A DNA stretch of 64,000 nt from a bacterium (GCA_963662285.2 CAXXMV010000008.1:96001-160000); one strand, 5' to 3'. Shown: positions 1 through 10,798, numbered from the stretch's first letter. Numbers and translations: made by a program. The notes: generated by a model not told the origin, from the sequence alone.

Positions 1-454
1 GCGCCGCTGGCTTCTTATCCGGTTTTTTAACATCCGCCAAGGCAATGATTTGACCATCATCTTTCTGCTTAACAACTCGTTCTATGGCCTTTGACCAATT
101 CAATTTCCCATCCGCAGCAGGCGCCAAGTCCACTTGGATGGATTGCCCATTGATCTGCTTTACATCCACATTACCCCGAATGGCTTTGATTACATTGACG
201 GATAAATCAACCTGCTTAGCCGCCCCCAACCTGATAGAAGGAGAGAAAGAAGCATCTCTCAATACCGGTCTCTCAATCGATAAATTACCAGGGAAGATAT
301 CAAAATCGAACTTTTTATAATCCAGGGATAATCCATACTGCAAATCCATTGCCGATAGTAAAACTGATACGGCGATTGATCTCCAATAAAACAAAAATGG
401 AGCTGCCAGAATCACCAAAACAATGGGAATTATAATTAGTAATTTTTTCTTCAT
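1..454 (-). CDS. Partial CDS (runs off the window start), N-terminally anchored AsmA-like envelope protein
   Basis: ATG at 454-452 on the minus strand reads MKKKLLIIIPIVLVILAAPFLFYWRS... and stays open to position 1. A TM anchor followed by a beta-rich segment resembles AsmA-type N-termini. Not in the ORF track because it is truncated. Confidence 0.6.
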   Translation of the reverse strand, partial: MKKKLLIIIPIVLVILAAPFLFYWRSIAVSVLLSAMDLQYGLSLDYKKFDFDIFPGNLSIERPVLRDASFSPSIRLGAAKQVDLSVNVIKAIRGNVDVKQINGQSIQVDLAPAADGKLNWSKAIERVVKQKDDGQIIALADVKKPDKKPAA

Positions 455-727
455 TTTCACTTTAACTCACATAATATAACGGATAACAATCTAATTATAT
501 CACGCATCTTTGTTCATTATTTTGATTTTCGATACTCTAATCGTAAAATTCCTGAACTCAAATATATTTTTATGCAATTAAACGATTCAAAGATTGACTT
601 ATTCAATTATGGACATTGTACTCAACCACCATATAAATCAACAGTTAATCATACCCTTTTTGAGATAATATCAAACGCTATCATTTACTTGTAAGATTGT
701 CATATTATCACATCAAGAAAGAAACCA

Positions 728-2584
728 ATGAACCTACTCGCTCTTCTATCAACCACAGTTATGCTCTGCGCCTTTGAACCGATAGGCGTATTCGATTTGA
801 CCTACACCCTCAAATTTGACGCAAGCGACCAGGCTCAAGTCGCCGCCGCCTGGGATCATTGTCACGCCGCATCAACCCTACAAGGCAACGTCAACAGAAA
901 ACAGCCGCTGCTCTATTTTCACTATGTTAACAACGGTGGAATCAATGTTGACGACTATTGGCTGGATAAAATGTCCGAACCGGGACAGTGGCTCGAACAA
1001 CGCGGCAGGAAGGAAATCCCGGACATCATCAGTCTTATCAAAGAGTACCGGCGCTTTATCAAAGGCGCCGTAGTCTATGATCCCAATGTGCCAGCCACCA
1101 GCAACCTGGCCTCAACCATCGCAGGCGTCGAAGATTTGATCGCCATACGCTACGACGCCTCGCCGGATTCGCTCTACTCCAAAGTTATCCTTCATGGCCT
1201 AAAATTGCCAGTCATTAAACGATTGATCAACCAGGACGGTTCATCGCTGTTCACCGGAAAAGGAACCATCCCCTCAACCGATATACCATCCACCGGAAGC
1301 GCCAAATGCGACGCTTACCTATGGCTCAAGCATAATTACATCGACAGTGGTAAAGTCGACGCAACTTACGCAGGTTATTACATCGACTCTTATTGGATGA
1401 AAAATCCAACCGCTGCAAATCCCAACCAACATACCCTTACCAATCATGATTATTTTGTAGCGAAACGCGGCTTCTTCTTCGACCTGGGATCAATCGGCGA
1501 CGAGAAACCGGTTGATGATATCCAGCAACCCATGGGTACCGACCTGAAAACCCTGCAAAGCCTGCTGCTCAGCGCTTATCATCACGGCGGTAAAGATAAA
1601 ATGATCCACATCGGCGGCTTCACGCCCTGGGCATACAAATACACCGATCACGGCAAGGCCGGAGGTAAGCATGGCGGAGTCCATGTTGAATGGGAATTCG
1701 GTAAAATCGCCAGCGCCTACAATGCCTATGTTGACGCTGACGCCATCGGATACGCGGCTATGGCCAACGCCTCGTTCTTCGCCCATTATCCATTGCAGAA
1801 AGAATATCCCCAGAAATGGGTAACACATGCTGAATTGAAGCAACGCGGCTACCTAACTGACGACGGCAAGGTGAATTTTGATGGACGCGATTTCATCATC
1901 TTCTATGTAGGCGATTACGATTCCGCCGCCTGGGTTTATCAAATGATGCCGTCTATCTGGGATAACCCGGATCATGGCAAAATCCCCATGATGTGGAGCA
2001 TCAGCCCGGTGCTGGACCGCCGCGCGGGTATGGCGCTGGATTATTTCCGGCGCACTGCTGGCCCGCTGGATCATTTCGCCGCCGCAGATAATGGCGCGGG
2101 ATACCTTAATCCGGGGATGCTTCAAGAACCCCGCCCGCTATCCGGATTGCCCAGCGGACTGGATGCATGGGCCGCGCATTGCAAACATTATTATGATAAG
2201 TGGGACATCACCATAACCGGATTCGTTATAGACGGCTACGCTCCGGGATTAACCAAAGAAGGTTTGGACTGTTACGCCAAATTCAGCCCCAACGGCATTG
2301 TCCCGCAAAAAATCCCCCCATCATTACTGCATGGCGACATGCCGGTAATCCGTTCGGATTATGATGTGAACCGGGGAGTTGAACAATCAGTCAATACCAT
2401 TTTAGCCAGAGTCAGGGATCGCGATCTGCCCTTCCACTGGTTTAGAAACATACTTAAATCCCCGACATGGTATTTGCAGGTTTCCGAAGGTCTCAAGAAG
2501 GCCAATCCAAAAATCGAACTACTCGACGCTCCGACTTTCTTCGAGTTATATCGCATTTACTTGAAAAACCAGGTTGCGAAATGA
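728..2584 (+). CDS. GxGYxYP-domain putative glycoside hydrolase, secreted
   Basis: 618 aa with hydrophobic N-terminus; GDYDS and NGAGYLNP (GxGYxxP) motifs typical of the family. Confidence 0.75.
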   Translation: MNLLALLSTTVMLCAFEPIGVFDLTYTLKFDASDQAQVAAAWDHCHAASTLQGNVNRKQPLLYFHYVNNGGINVDDYWLDKMSEPGQWLEQRGRKEIPDIISLIKEYRRFIKGAVVYDPNVPATSNLASTIAGVEDLIAIRYDASPDSLYSKVILHGLKLPVIKRLINQDGSSLFTGKGTIPSTDIPSTGSAKCDAYLWLKHNYIDSGKVDATYAGYYIDSYWMKNPTAANPNQHTLTNHDYFVAKRGFFFDLGSIGDEKPVDDIQQPMGTDLKTLQSLLLSAYHHGGKDKMIHIGGFTPWAYKYTDHGKAGGKHGGVHVEWEFGKIASAYNAYVDADAIGYAAMANASFFAHYPLQKEYPQKWVTHAELKQRGYLTDDGKVNFDGRDFIIFYVGDYDSAAWVYQMMPSIWDNPDHGKIPMMWSISPVLDRRAGMALDYFRRTAGPLDHFAAADNGAGYLNPGMLQEPRPLSGLPSGLDAWAAHCKHYYDKWDITITGFVIDGYAPGLTKEGLDCYAKFSPNGIVPQKIPPSLLHGDMPVIRSDYDVNRGVEQSVNTILARVRDRDLPFHWFRNILKSPTWYLQVSEGLKKANPKIELLDAPTFFELYRIYLKNQVAK

Positions 2585-2602
2585 TGGATAAGTGATGCCC
2601 AT

Positions 2603-2690
2603 ATTCTCCCCCCAAGTTGGGGGGAGTTAGAGGGGGGTTGCGTTTCAACCAATCAATCCCATCCTAGCCTTTCCTAAGTTGGGGGGGGAT
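2603..2690. repeat. ~90 bp G/C-run double-hairpin element, copy 1 (family 2)
   Basis: CTCCCCCCAAGTTGGGGGGAGTTAGAGGGGGG plus a degenerate inverted partner; aligns end to end with 15905-15994. Confidence 0.85.
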
Positions 2691-2696
2691 AGAAGT

Positions 2697-2729
2697 GGGT
2701 GCCAAGGGCAGTGTCCTTTCTGCCCTTGA
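2697..2729 (+). repeat. REP palindrome family 1, type A; left member of an inverted doublet
   Basis: GGGTGC-CAAGGGCAG-TGTCCTTT-CTGCCCTTG-A, 9 bp stem. Confidence 0.9.
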
Positions 2730-2856
2730 CTGACAACCTCTGAAAAAAATTAACTTTAATTCTTGATAATCCATTTACAGGCGCAATATATTAGATTTGA
2801 TTCTGCTTTCATAGTGGATTTTTGATAAACCATGTAAACAAATGAAGTGAATTCAA

Positions 2857-2889
2857 TCAAGGGCAGAAAATACACTGCCCTTGCCACCC
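2857..2889 (-). repeat. REP palindrome family 1, type A; right member of an inverted doublet
   Basis: Minus strand reads GGGTGG-CAAGGGCAG-TGTATTTT-CTGCCCTTG-A. Confidence 0.9.
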
Positions 2890-2942
2890 AACTTATTTGA
2901 AAACTAAACATTAAACACAACAAACAAATTTTAAAAATCTCG

Positions 2943-4265
2943 CTATTCCGAAACCGCTTCAGCATGAGTAATCTTCAAAACCACCGGATTAGGCCATTTG
3001 CGGTCGTTATATAATCGCTGAGAACGGGTGGCGGATATATGCAGCCCGTCCGGTTTTTGATTCCATCTGGTTTCAGGATTATTGTCGGGTTGATACTCCA
3101 ATACTACGCCGTTATGCCCCAACACGCTGACCACGGTATCCGCTGTTGCTTTGACGGATTGCAACACAAACTCTTTGCGCTCGCCATATTTCCATTCGGT
3201 GCGCGTAACAAACGCATAGACCGTATCGGCATTCTTCTTTTTGGTGAACCAAATATCCCCTTGGTTAGTAATATGCCAGGGTTCGACGCAATGAACCGCT
3301 TCAGAGTTCACGAAATTCCACAGAGCCATCTCTCTCATGATGCTCTCCTGCTCAATGGGAATCTCACCATTCGGTTTGGGGCCGACGTTATAAAGCAGGT
3401 TGCCGCCTTTGGCGCGGGTTTCGATCAACATTTCGATGGCCCGCGTTCCGCTTTTGTAGTTTTCATTGGTCGGTTTGTACTGCCATTGCGTACCCATCGT
3501 GAGGCATGATTCCCAAGGCCCCGGAATCGGCTTGCCGGGAATATTCTGTTCTGGAGTCTCAATCACTCCACGGGTTACAATCATCTGCGGCTGCAATTCC
3601 CAGCAGATCTCGGTCAATCCCTGACAGGGGCCATCGATAAACATCATGTCGATGGGGCCATAGTTAGTCAGCAGTTCACGCATTTGAGCCAGATCATACT
3701 GCAATAATTCAGCATTCTCATGCACCGCGACTCCGGGACGCCTGCGACTGATTAATGCCCCCTGCTTATGCAGAAAATAAAAATCATCAGGCGAAAAATA
3801 GAATCCCACAGCGATGCCCTGCTTACGGAAGGCTTCAACGAATTGCGCCGTGATATCCTTGCCATAGGGCGTGTTCATAATATCAAAATCGGTCGTCTTT
3901 GAATCAAACATGCAGAAACCTGAATGATGTTTGGTAGTAAACACGGCGTATTTGAAACCCGCCAGTTTGGCCAGCACCGCCCATTCTTCAGGATCATAGC
4001 GTTTTGGATTAAAGGTCGTGGGCAACTGATTGATAAAACGATCCAGATAATCCTCTGAAGCCCCAACCATCGAATGACTTATCACCGATCCAAGTTGACT
4101 ATCCATACTCCAATGAATAAACAGCCCCAGCCCCTGCTCCATGAACCACTCAATGCGTTCCGGCTGATTCCTGGACGGCTGCAATTCTATTTGCGCATAA
4201 CAGGTTCCTTCCATCAACAGTACTGACGCAAACAAAATGCATAAAAACAGCGTTACTCTATTCAT
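2943..4265 (-). CDS. Alpha-L-fucosidase (GH29)
   Basis: Signal peptide; GLFIHW, TTKHHSGF and NLLYNVGP motifs of GH29. Confidence 0.9.
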   Translation of the reverse strand: MNRVTLFLCILFASVLLMEGTCYAQIELQPSRNQPERIEWFMEQGLGLFIHWSMDSQLGSVISHSMVGASEDYLDRFINQLPTTFNPKRYDPEEWAVLAKLAGFKYAVFTTKHHSGFCMFDSKTTDFDIMNTPYGKDITAQFVEAFRKQGIAVGFYFSPDDFYFLHKQGALISRRRPGVAVHENAELLQYDLAQMRELLTNYGPIDMMFIDGPCQGLTEICWELQPQMIVTRGVIETPEQNIPGKPIPGPWESCLTMGTQWQYKPTNENYKSGTRAIEMLIETRAKGGNLLYNVGPKPNGEIPIEQESIMREMALWNFVNSEAVHCVEPWHITNQGDIWFTKKKNADTVYAFVTRTEWKYGERKEFVLQSVKATADTVVSVLGHNGVVLEYQPDNNPETRWNQKPDGLHISATRSQRLYNDRKWPNPVVLKITHAEAVSE

Positions 4266-4437
4266 GATAAAAACCTTTCAAATTTTCCAGAATAAAACCA
4301 TCGATGCAAACGTATATTAAAAGAAAATGTTTCTTATTCCACCTGTGGAAATTAACCAACAGCGCATTGATTATCATAAAATATTATGCAATGATTCGGT
4401 AAATACAGGCGTTAACAAATATAAACATTAACTATCT

Positions 4438-6162
4438 ATGAATAACACACTGATTTCAACTATATTCAACAACCTACCCAGATTATTCAATAATCCAGTA
4501 ATTCTGCGCGAGATTATTGACCGCTTAAGAAAAAAGAGTTCTTTTATTTATCTCTCTATTTTTCTTGGCATCATAACCATATTGTTCTTCTGCCTACTCC
4601 CTTCATTAAAAGCAAACTATTACAGAAGCGGCAGTTCGCGTGAATTATTCATGATTTTCAATTGCATCCAGGGAATTATCATTCTGGTGCTGGTTCCACT
4701 TATCAGCGCAACTTGCATAAACATAGAACGTGAACGCTGCTCATGGGACCTTCTAATCACCACGCCGATCAGCATCCCCAGCATCCTTCTGGCCAAATTT
4801 CTTTCTCCCATTGTTTTAACTATCATAATGGCCAGTTCCCTGATTCCCATTTATGGACTCATCATCACCCTGGGCGGGGTCTCTCCGGGAGAAATAATTT
4901 TCACCTTCGCTATTTTTCTGGAATTGTCCATAACAGCGGCCTTGATCGGTCTCTATTGTTCGGTCAAATGGAAAAGCACAATTATCTCTATTTATTTCAC
5001 CTATCTCTTCCTGGTAATTTTGTATGTAATCCCGCCAATACTCATAATGGCAAATTTTAATCCATCCAACCAACCACTTGGATTATTAATTTTCTTTTCC
5101 CCCCTGATGATCGCCTTTCAGCTGGCTGGCGAGAGATTAGCATTATGTTCCAACTCAATAGCCATATTGATTCATGGATTCATAGTTTTAGTGATCGGTT
5201 TGATCATCGCCTACTTTTGCGTTAAGGCTTTAATGATCCAAACCATATATGGAAAATACACCAGCCGCAAACACCGGAAACACCCTCGCCGCATACCAGC
5301 ATTCATTAAACTAACAATATATTGGTTCAACCGCATTTTTCTATCATCTAGAAACCTGCTTGTAAAAAAGGAAATTATCGCGCATAACGGCGTATCCGGT
5401 TCGCGGGTAGCAATATCTCTATTGATATTACTGGGCATCAACATCAGCATCTTGTTACTGTTAATCATGTCAGGTGAAAGAAAACCGATAGATACCTATA
5501 TTGCCATCAGCATCCTGGTCGGTCTATTTCTGGTTCCATTTCTGATCATTCCCGGCGGAGTGAGTTGTTTCCGATCAGAATTCGACAAAGACTCCTGGAA
5601 CCTTCTCGCCACAACAAAACTTACGCCTCTTCAAATACTAAACGGGAAATACATAGCTGCTATTAATGTCTTCGTATATCAGGCAATCGCTTATTTTACG
5701 CTGCCTTTACTATTTTCATTTCTACATACTACAACAATGAATCGCCCCTTTGATTTCAACATAATAGAATTCTTAGTTCTCATGATCTGTCTATTCGTAG
5801 CCGCCAATTTTTATTTGATAATCAGCATTCTCATCTCGCTTAACGTCCGCGAAACGCTCACCGCTTATGGCATCAGTTTTTTCACTGTCTTTGCAACATT
5901 ATTGATACCAGTGGCCAGTTTAATAGTTCTTGGTGAAATGCATATTATTTCAGACCGTATTACCGAAAATAATTTGGCGATTTTATTATCAGCAATCTTT
6001 TCACCTTTCATGAATTGGATTCTTATTAATGAAAGAAATGATAATATTAACCAATTTACGATTTTCCTACCCTTAATTATGCAGATTTGTTCCCTGTTAC
6101 TCCTGACCTTCATCCTCAAAGTTTTCGCAATCAACCGCCTGAAAAAAATCATGAATCTTTGA
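4438..6162 (+). CDS. ABC-2-type transporter permease with two fused permease repeats
   Basis: Many TM segments; repeated motif ERERCSWDLLITTP / EFDKDSWNLLATTK, each followed by IL..K. Confidence 0.75.
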   Translation: MNNTLISTIFNNLPRLFNNPVILREIIDRLRKKSSFIYLSIFLGIITILFFCLLPSLKANYYRSGSSRELFMIFNCIQGIIILVLVPLISATCINIERERCSWDLLITTPISIPSILLAKFLSPIVLTIIMASSLIPIYGLIITLGGVSPGEIIFTFAIFLELSITAALIGLYCSVKWKSTIISIYFTYLFLVILYVIPPILIMANFNPSNQPLGLLIFFSPLMIAFQLAGERLALCSNSIAILIHGFIVLVIGLIIAYFCVKALMIQTIYGKYTSRKHRKHPRRIPAFIKLTIYWFNRIFLSSRNLLVKKEIIAHNGVSGSRVAISLLILLGINISILLLLIMSGERKPIDTYIAISILVGLFLVPFLIIPGGVSCFRSEFDKDSWNLLATTKLTPLQILNGKYIAAINVFVYQAIAYFTLPLLFSFLHTTTMNRPFDFNIIEFLVLMICLFVAANFYLIISILISLNVRETLTAYGISFFTVFATLLIPVASLIVLGEMHIISDRITENNLAILLSAIFSPFMNWILINERNDNINQFTIFLPLIMQICSLLLLTFILKVFAINRLKKIMNL

Positions 6163-6246
6163 TATTAAACGCTACTCTTCAGGTGAGTTTTGCTTTTGGA
6201 TTTGCTATAGTAACTATAAATCTATCTTTATAAAAAGGTACAAACC

Positions 6247-8544
6247 ATGCGTATTCATCTACTCTTAATCATATTACTAAGTTGTTCATCAGTCTTTGCT
6301 GATCTCCCGGAAAGACGCCATAACCTTGAATTCAATCAACTTGCGCAGCGCTGGGATGAAGCCGTCCCCCTGGGCAATGGAATGCTCGGTTCCCTGGTAT
6401 GGGAAGAAGGCGCCACCCTGCGCTTCTCGCTGGATCGCGCCGACCTGTGGGATAGCAGACCTGTGCCTAATTTCCAAAAAGATAATTTTAATTTTGATTG
6501 GATATACCAAAACATCCTTGCTGGGAAGATTGAGCCGGTTCGTGAACTATGCGATAAGCCCTACGACTCTGATCCAGCGCCGACCAAGATTCCAGCTGGC
6601 CGCCTGGAATTCGACCAGTCAACTTTCGGAACAGTCCAGGGCGTCCGGCTTGATATCAGCCAGGCGCAATGCAACGTAATATGGAGCGAAGGCGTCCACC
6701 TCAAAACTTTCATTCACGCCACTCAACCAATCGGATGGTTCCATATCCGCAATGTCACATCGTCTCTTCGCCCGACTATCATTCCTCCACCATTCGGCGG
6801 CAGCGACGCGCAACGCACCAATGGCGCCGACTCTCTCAGCGGCCACGCCCTTAACACTCTGGGATATCCGGAACCAGAGATAGAAAACGGTGAGAACTAT
6901 ATCTCTTACATCCAAAAAGGCTGGGGAGATTTCGAATTCGCCATCTATTGCGCGTGGACATATCAAAATGAGAGTGATCTAATCGGCGCGTGGTCGATCC
7001 ACTCAAGTGAGACATCCAAAAATCCCCTTATCGACGCACGCGAATCCGTCGTCCGCGCCTTAAAGCGAACTTATAATGATGATTTCAAAACCCACGCCGC
7101 CTGGTGGAATGAATACTGGGATCAATCAGCGGTAAATTTACCCGATCAAACTCTCGAAGGTCAATGGTATCACGAACAGTATAAATTCGGCTCAGCCTCA
7201 CGCCGCGGCGCTCCCCCCATAACCTTGCAAGCGGTATGGACTGCCGACGAACGCCGCGTACCTCCCTGGAAAGGCGACTATCATAACGACCTAAACACCC
7301 AATTAAGTTACTGGCCCTGCTACAGCGGAAACCATCTTGAAGAAGGTCTCTCTTTCATTGAATGGCTATGGAAGATCAGACCTTACGTCAAAGATTGGAC
7401 CAAACGGTTCTATAAAATTGATGGCTTAAACGTCCCTGGAGTAACCGCCATTGACGGCGCCCCTATGGGAGGCTGGAACCAATACTCACTCTCGCCAACC
7501 ACATCCGCCTGGTTGTCGCACCATTTCTACCTGCACTGGCGCTACAGCATGGATCGAATATTCCTGCGCCGTTACGCCTACCCCTGGATAAGCGAAACAG
7601 CCCATTTTCTGCTTAAACACTCCATCCGTAGAGCAGACGGTAAACGAAAATTGCCGCTAAGTTCATCACCGGAGATCAACGACAATCGCTTAGAAGCATG
7701 GTTTAAAGAAACAACCAACTATGATCTTTCACTGATTCGCTGGACATTCCAAACCGCCGCTGAACTGGCTACCGAACTGCGCAATAAATCTGAAGCGAAT
7801 TTCTGGATCAAAATACTCAACGAATGGCCTGAATTGGCGCTCGCTAAAGATGATGGACGGCTGCTGGTGGCGCCCGATTATCCATTAGAAGCGTCCCACC
7901 GCCATTTCTCGCACCTCATGGCCATTCATCCGCTTGGTCTGGTCGATTTATCAAACGGAAAGAAAGACCAGCAGACCATCGAAGCTTCGCTAGCCGAATT
8001 AGAACGCCTCGGACCAGACTATTGGTGTGGATATTCGTATTCATGGCTGGCCAGTTTCTACGCCCGCGCCAACAATGGAGACAAAGCAGCCCAGGCGCTG
8101 CGCACCTTCGCTGAATGCTTCTGCTCCATCAACACCTTTCACCTTAACGGAGATCAGACCAAAAGCGGTAAATCAAAATTTCAATACCGGCCATTCACCT
8201 TGGAAGGCAATTTCGCTTTCGCCGCAGGTTTGCAGGAAATGCTCCTTCAAAGCCATAGTGGATTAATCCGCGTCTTCCCCGCTGTACCCGGATCATGGGA
8301 CGCAGCATCATTCAAAACATTACGAACCGAAGGCGCCTTCCTGGTCTCGGCTATGATGAAAAACAAAAAAGTGGACGCTATTGAAATAGAGTCTCTAAAC
8401 GGTGGAACCGCACGACTCGAAAATCCATTCGGTTCACGCAAATATAATTATTCTGGAGTAAGGAAATCTAATATCAAAGAAAACGGGAAAGTACTGGAGA
8501 TTAAGACGCATTCAGGGCAGAAAATTCTGTTGAAAAGACAATAA
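6247..8544 (+). CDS. GH95-family glycoside hydrolase (alpha-1,2-fucosidase-like)
   Basis: WDEAVPLGNG, WKGDYHNDLN, SSSPE, HRHFSHL, EGNF and EMLLQS motifs; signal peptide. Confidence 0.88.
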   Translation: MRIHLLLIILLSCSSVFADLPERRHNLEFNQLAQRWDEAVPLGNGMLGSLVWEEGATLRFSLDRADLWDSRPVPNFQKDNFNFDWIYQNILAGKIEPVRELCDKPYDSDPAPTKIPAGRLEFDQSTFGTVQGVRLDISQAQCNVIWSEGVHLKTFIHATQPIGWFHIRNVTSSLRPTIIPPPFGGSDAQRTNGADSLSGHALNTLGYPEPEIENGENYISYIQKGWGDFEFAIYCAWTYQNESDLIGAWSIHSSETSKNPLIDARESVVRALKRTYNDDFKTHAAWWNEYWDQSAVNLPDQTLEGQWYHEQYKFGSASRRGAPPITLQAVWTADERRVPPWKGDYHNDLNTQLSYWPCYSGNHLEEGLSFIEWLWKIRPYVKDWTKRFYKIDGLNVPGVTAIDGAPMGGWNQYSLSPTTSAWLSHHFYLHWRYSMDRIFLRRYAYPWISETAHFLLKHSIRRADGKRKLPLSSSPEINDNRLEAWFKETTNYDLSLIRWTFQTAAELATELRNKSEANFWIKILNEWPELALAKDDGRLLVAPDYPLEASHRHFSHLMAIHPLGLVDLSNGKKDQQTIEASLAELERLGPDYWCGYSYSWLASFYARANNGDKAAQALRTFAECFCSINTFHLNGDQTKSGKSKFQYRPFTLEGNFAFAAGLQEMLLQSHSGLIRVFPAVPGSWDAASFKTLRTEGAFLVSAMMKNKKVDAIEIESLNGGTARLENPFGSRKYNYSGVRKSNIKENGKVLEIKTHSGQKILLKRQ

Positions 8545-8681
8545 GTCATAACTATATAGAGCGATTCTCAAAATTTTATTCACTCATAATGAAAAGCGCT
8601 TTAGCGTGTCTTATCGAAATATTCTGCTAAACAACTGAAAACATATTTCCAGCTAATAATTAACATTAAGCAACATTATAC

Positions 8682-8718
8682 TTGACATACTTTTATTATA
8701 TGTGATTGATTCACATAT
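8682..8718 (+). promoter_or_regulatory. TTGACA hexamer followed by an operator-like inverted repeat
   Basis: TTGACA at 8682-8687; ATATGTGA-N5-TCACATAT at 8698-8718, upstream of the 8780 start. Confidence 0.4.
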
Positions 8719-8779
8719 CAACTTTTGGGGATTTATTTGTTGTAATATATTTTTGCAATTAATTTCAAGGAGCAGGATA

Positions 8780-9453
8780 ATGAAAAAATGTTATTACTAT
8801 CATTAGCTTTACTCATTGCAGCGCCAGCAACATTCAGTTAATCCAAATACATCATTACTGATGCGCCCGAAATTGAAGTTGAAGGCAACTTGGGAGATTA
8901 TTTACGCGGTTCGGGTTACAACGTCACAGCAGACGCAGGCGACCCGGATCAAAATGCTGGCGGCAACAGCGCCTATTGCGATCCGTTAACCGATGAAGAC
9001 GTCGCTTTATTGGAAACATTTGATCTGATTATTTTTCATCGCTCCACCGATAGCAGTTCTTTTGATGAATCCCATCCGATTTTCAATTTTATTACTATCG
9101 ACCAGGGCGCTATTGAAATGTATACTCAAGAACAGGATATCAACGCCGTGGATACAGGCGGAAACGCCGGTAATGGCGATCTGTTGGCAGAAACGGAAAA
9201 TAATCTTTATACAATGTTGGTCGTCTGGGATACTCCTGGAGCATTTGAAGACGGTCGTCCTGAATCACATACCGAACGCCGGATATTCTTCCCGCTAATG
9301 CGCTATTTTGAAGACGACGGTTCAGGCGCGATCTCGTTCGAACAGTATTCTGAGTCCGGCCTACAACTTATCGCAAACATAGTCGAATACGCAATAACTG
9401 GCGATGTAAAAGGCAATCCTCCATTGAACGTAGTCAATTGGGATATATATTAG
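8780..9453 (+). pseudogene. Disrupted gene for a secreted acidic protein
   Basis: RBS GGAG then ATG at 8780, out of frame by one base in an A6 run. The signal peptide MLLLSLALLIAAPATFS (8788-8838) is followed by an in-frame TAA (8839-8841); the frame then stays open to 9453. Confidence 0.7.
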
Positions 9454-9622
9454 TGAGTTCTGAATTTAGAGAGTGAATGTTTCGTTAATCTCGAATGCAA
9501 TTTTTATCCAATTTGCATCTCGTTTATAAATTGGCATCAGATCTATTTCTAGCGGATCAAGAGGTATAAAGTTAAGTAATATTATTAATGATTGATCACT
9601 AAGTCATTACAAAACAGACATA

Positions 9623-10798
9623 TTACTCCATTTCCTTCATGAATATTTTTGCTAAATCTGAGATATCCAATTCGGAAGATTCAGCCATTCTTTGAACCAG
9701 GTCTAAAGGATCTATCACAGGATCAAGATTCATAACAATTTCAACAAATTCACTAGTTGAGAATGATTCTGTGGACTCAACATGAATTTTCCGGTTGCTT
9801 GAGGTTAATTCTTCAGATTTAGCGTAATGGATTTGCCATTCATCTTCATTTTCTTTTTTGATTGAGACATATCTTTCCTGCGTCAATCCATTATCATCTT
9901 GGCCGGATACGGCGCCGATAATAACACCCTTCATTTTCTTGCTCAAAGTCAGTTCATAAAGTTTATAGAGCGATGGCAAGCGTAATTTGTTCCGAATCCC
10001 GCCTGGGACGGCGATGCCAATCGCATCATGTACAATTTTGTGAACCCGTTTGGCGTCAAGATCAGGCTGTTCTGTGATAATGCACTGCCCCGCCTGCTCT
10101 GTTTGTGCAATAAAGACCTTCCATTCGCCGCCGCAAGAACAGATCGAAATGGCTTTAATAGGAGAATCAACCACTGGATTTTTAATAACATATCCAGGTA
10201 GATAATCAATAATCTCTTGCATGGCGTCAAAAGATAACTGAAACAGAAAGCCATATTCATTTATAGAGAAGCCCAGGATGCGTAATTCATCCAGTATTTC
10301 TGATAGATCAAATGGGCCTGATGCATCGATCTGCGGTTCGGCCAGAAAATCTTCATCTTCAGCGACGATTCCGGTATAAAGGATGAATTTCCCCAGCGGC
10401 TTGATTTCAATCGAGTAATTAGTCTTCCACTCACCATCTGATTCAGCGCCTTCGGGAGCGCCGATCCATTGGCCGGGTAATTGCCGGGATAAGCGTTGAT
10501 CGAAAATATTGCTTCTTTCAGGGAGATGGAGAGTTTCCCGTTCCTGGTCTGTAAGTTCTGGAACATAACCGGATTGCTTAAACAATTGATCCAACAATCG
10601 ATATACGTCAAAAGCTGAAGCGGCGGAATATTTCTTGATAATCAGCTGGGCGCCGCTTTCATAGATAAAACGCACCGTCCATTCCGGTTCCAGCCGTTCT
10701 ATGGTTACCGCCATACCACAGCCTTCAGGCTGTTGATCATTAATATATAATCCAGGAGTATTTTGAATCGTTTGATTCCAGTTTATTTGCGTTGTCAT
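9623..10798 (-). CDS. Hypothetical acidic protein with an internal ~190 aa duplication
   Basis: 391 aa ORF; its start overlaps the stop of the upstream gene; the two halves align by eye. Confidence 0.75.
   Translation of the reverse strand: MTTQINWNQTIQNTPGLYINDQQPEGCGMAVTIERLEPEWTVRFIYESGAQLIIKKYSAASAFDVYRLLDQLFKQSGYVPELTDQERETLHLPERSNIFDQRLSRQLPGQWIGAPEGAESDGEWKTNYSIEIKPLGKFILYTGIVAEDEDFLAEPQIDASGPFDLSEILDELRILGFSINEYGFLFQLSFDAMQEIIDYLPGYVIKNPVVDSPIKAISICSCGGEWKVFIAQTEQAGQCIITEQPDLDAKRVHKIVHDAIGIAVPGGIRNKLRLPSLYKLYELTLSKKMKGVIIGAVSGQDDNGLTQERYVSIKKENEDEWQIHYAKSEELTSSNRKIHVESTESFSTSEFVEIVMNLDPVIDPLDLVQRMAESSELDISDLAKIFMKEME

Noticed and set aside
84-320. 78 aa plus-strand ORF
   Set aside because: Antisense shadow of the minus-strand partial gene at 1-454.
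2756-2965. Short ORFs spanning repeats (also 15870-16079, 17228-17710, 40276-40539, 54507-54788)
   Set aside because: They translate REP or terminator DNA (e.g. the recurring ARPQCGQPL peptide) and lack RBS or family motifs.
8698-8721. Canonical CRP or FNR site
   Set aside because: Spacing is TGTGA-N5-TCACA and TTGAT-N6-ATCAA, not the N6 and N4 of the consensus sites; kept only as a generic palindrome.
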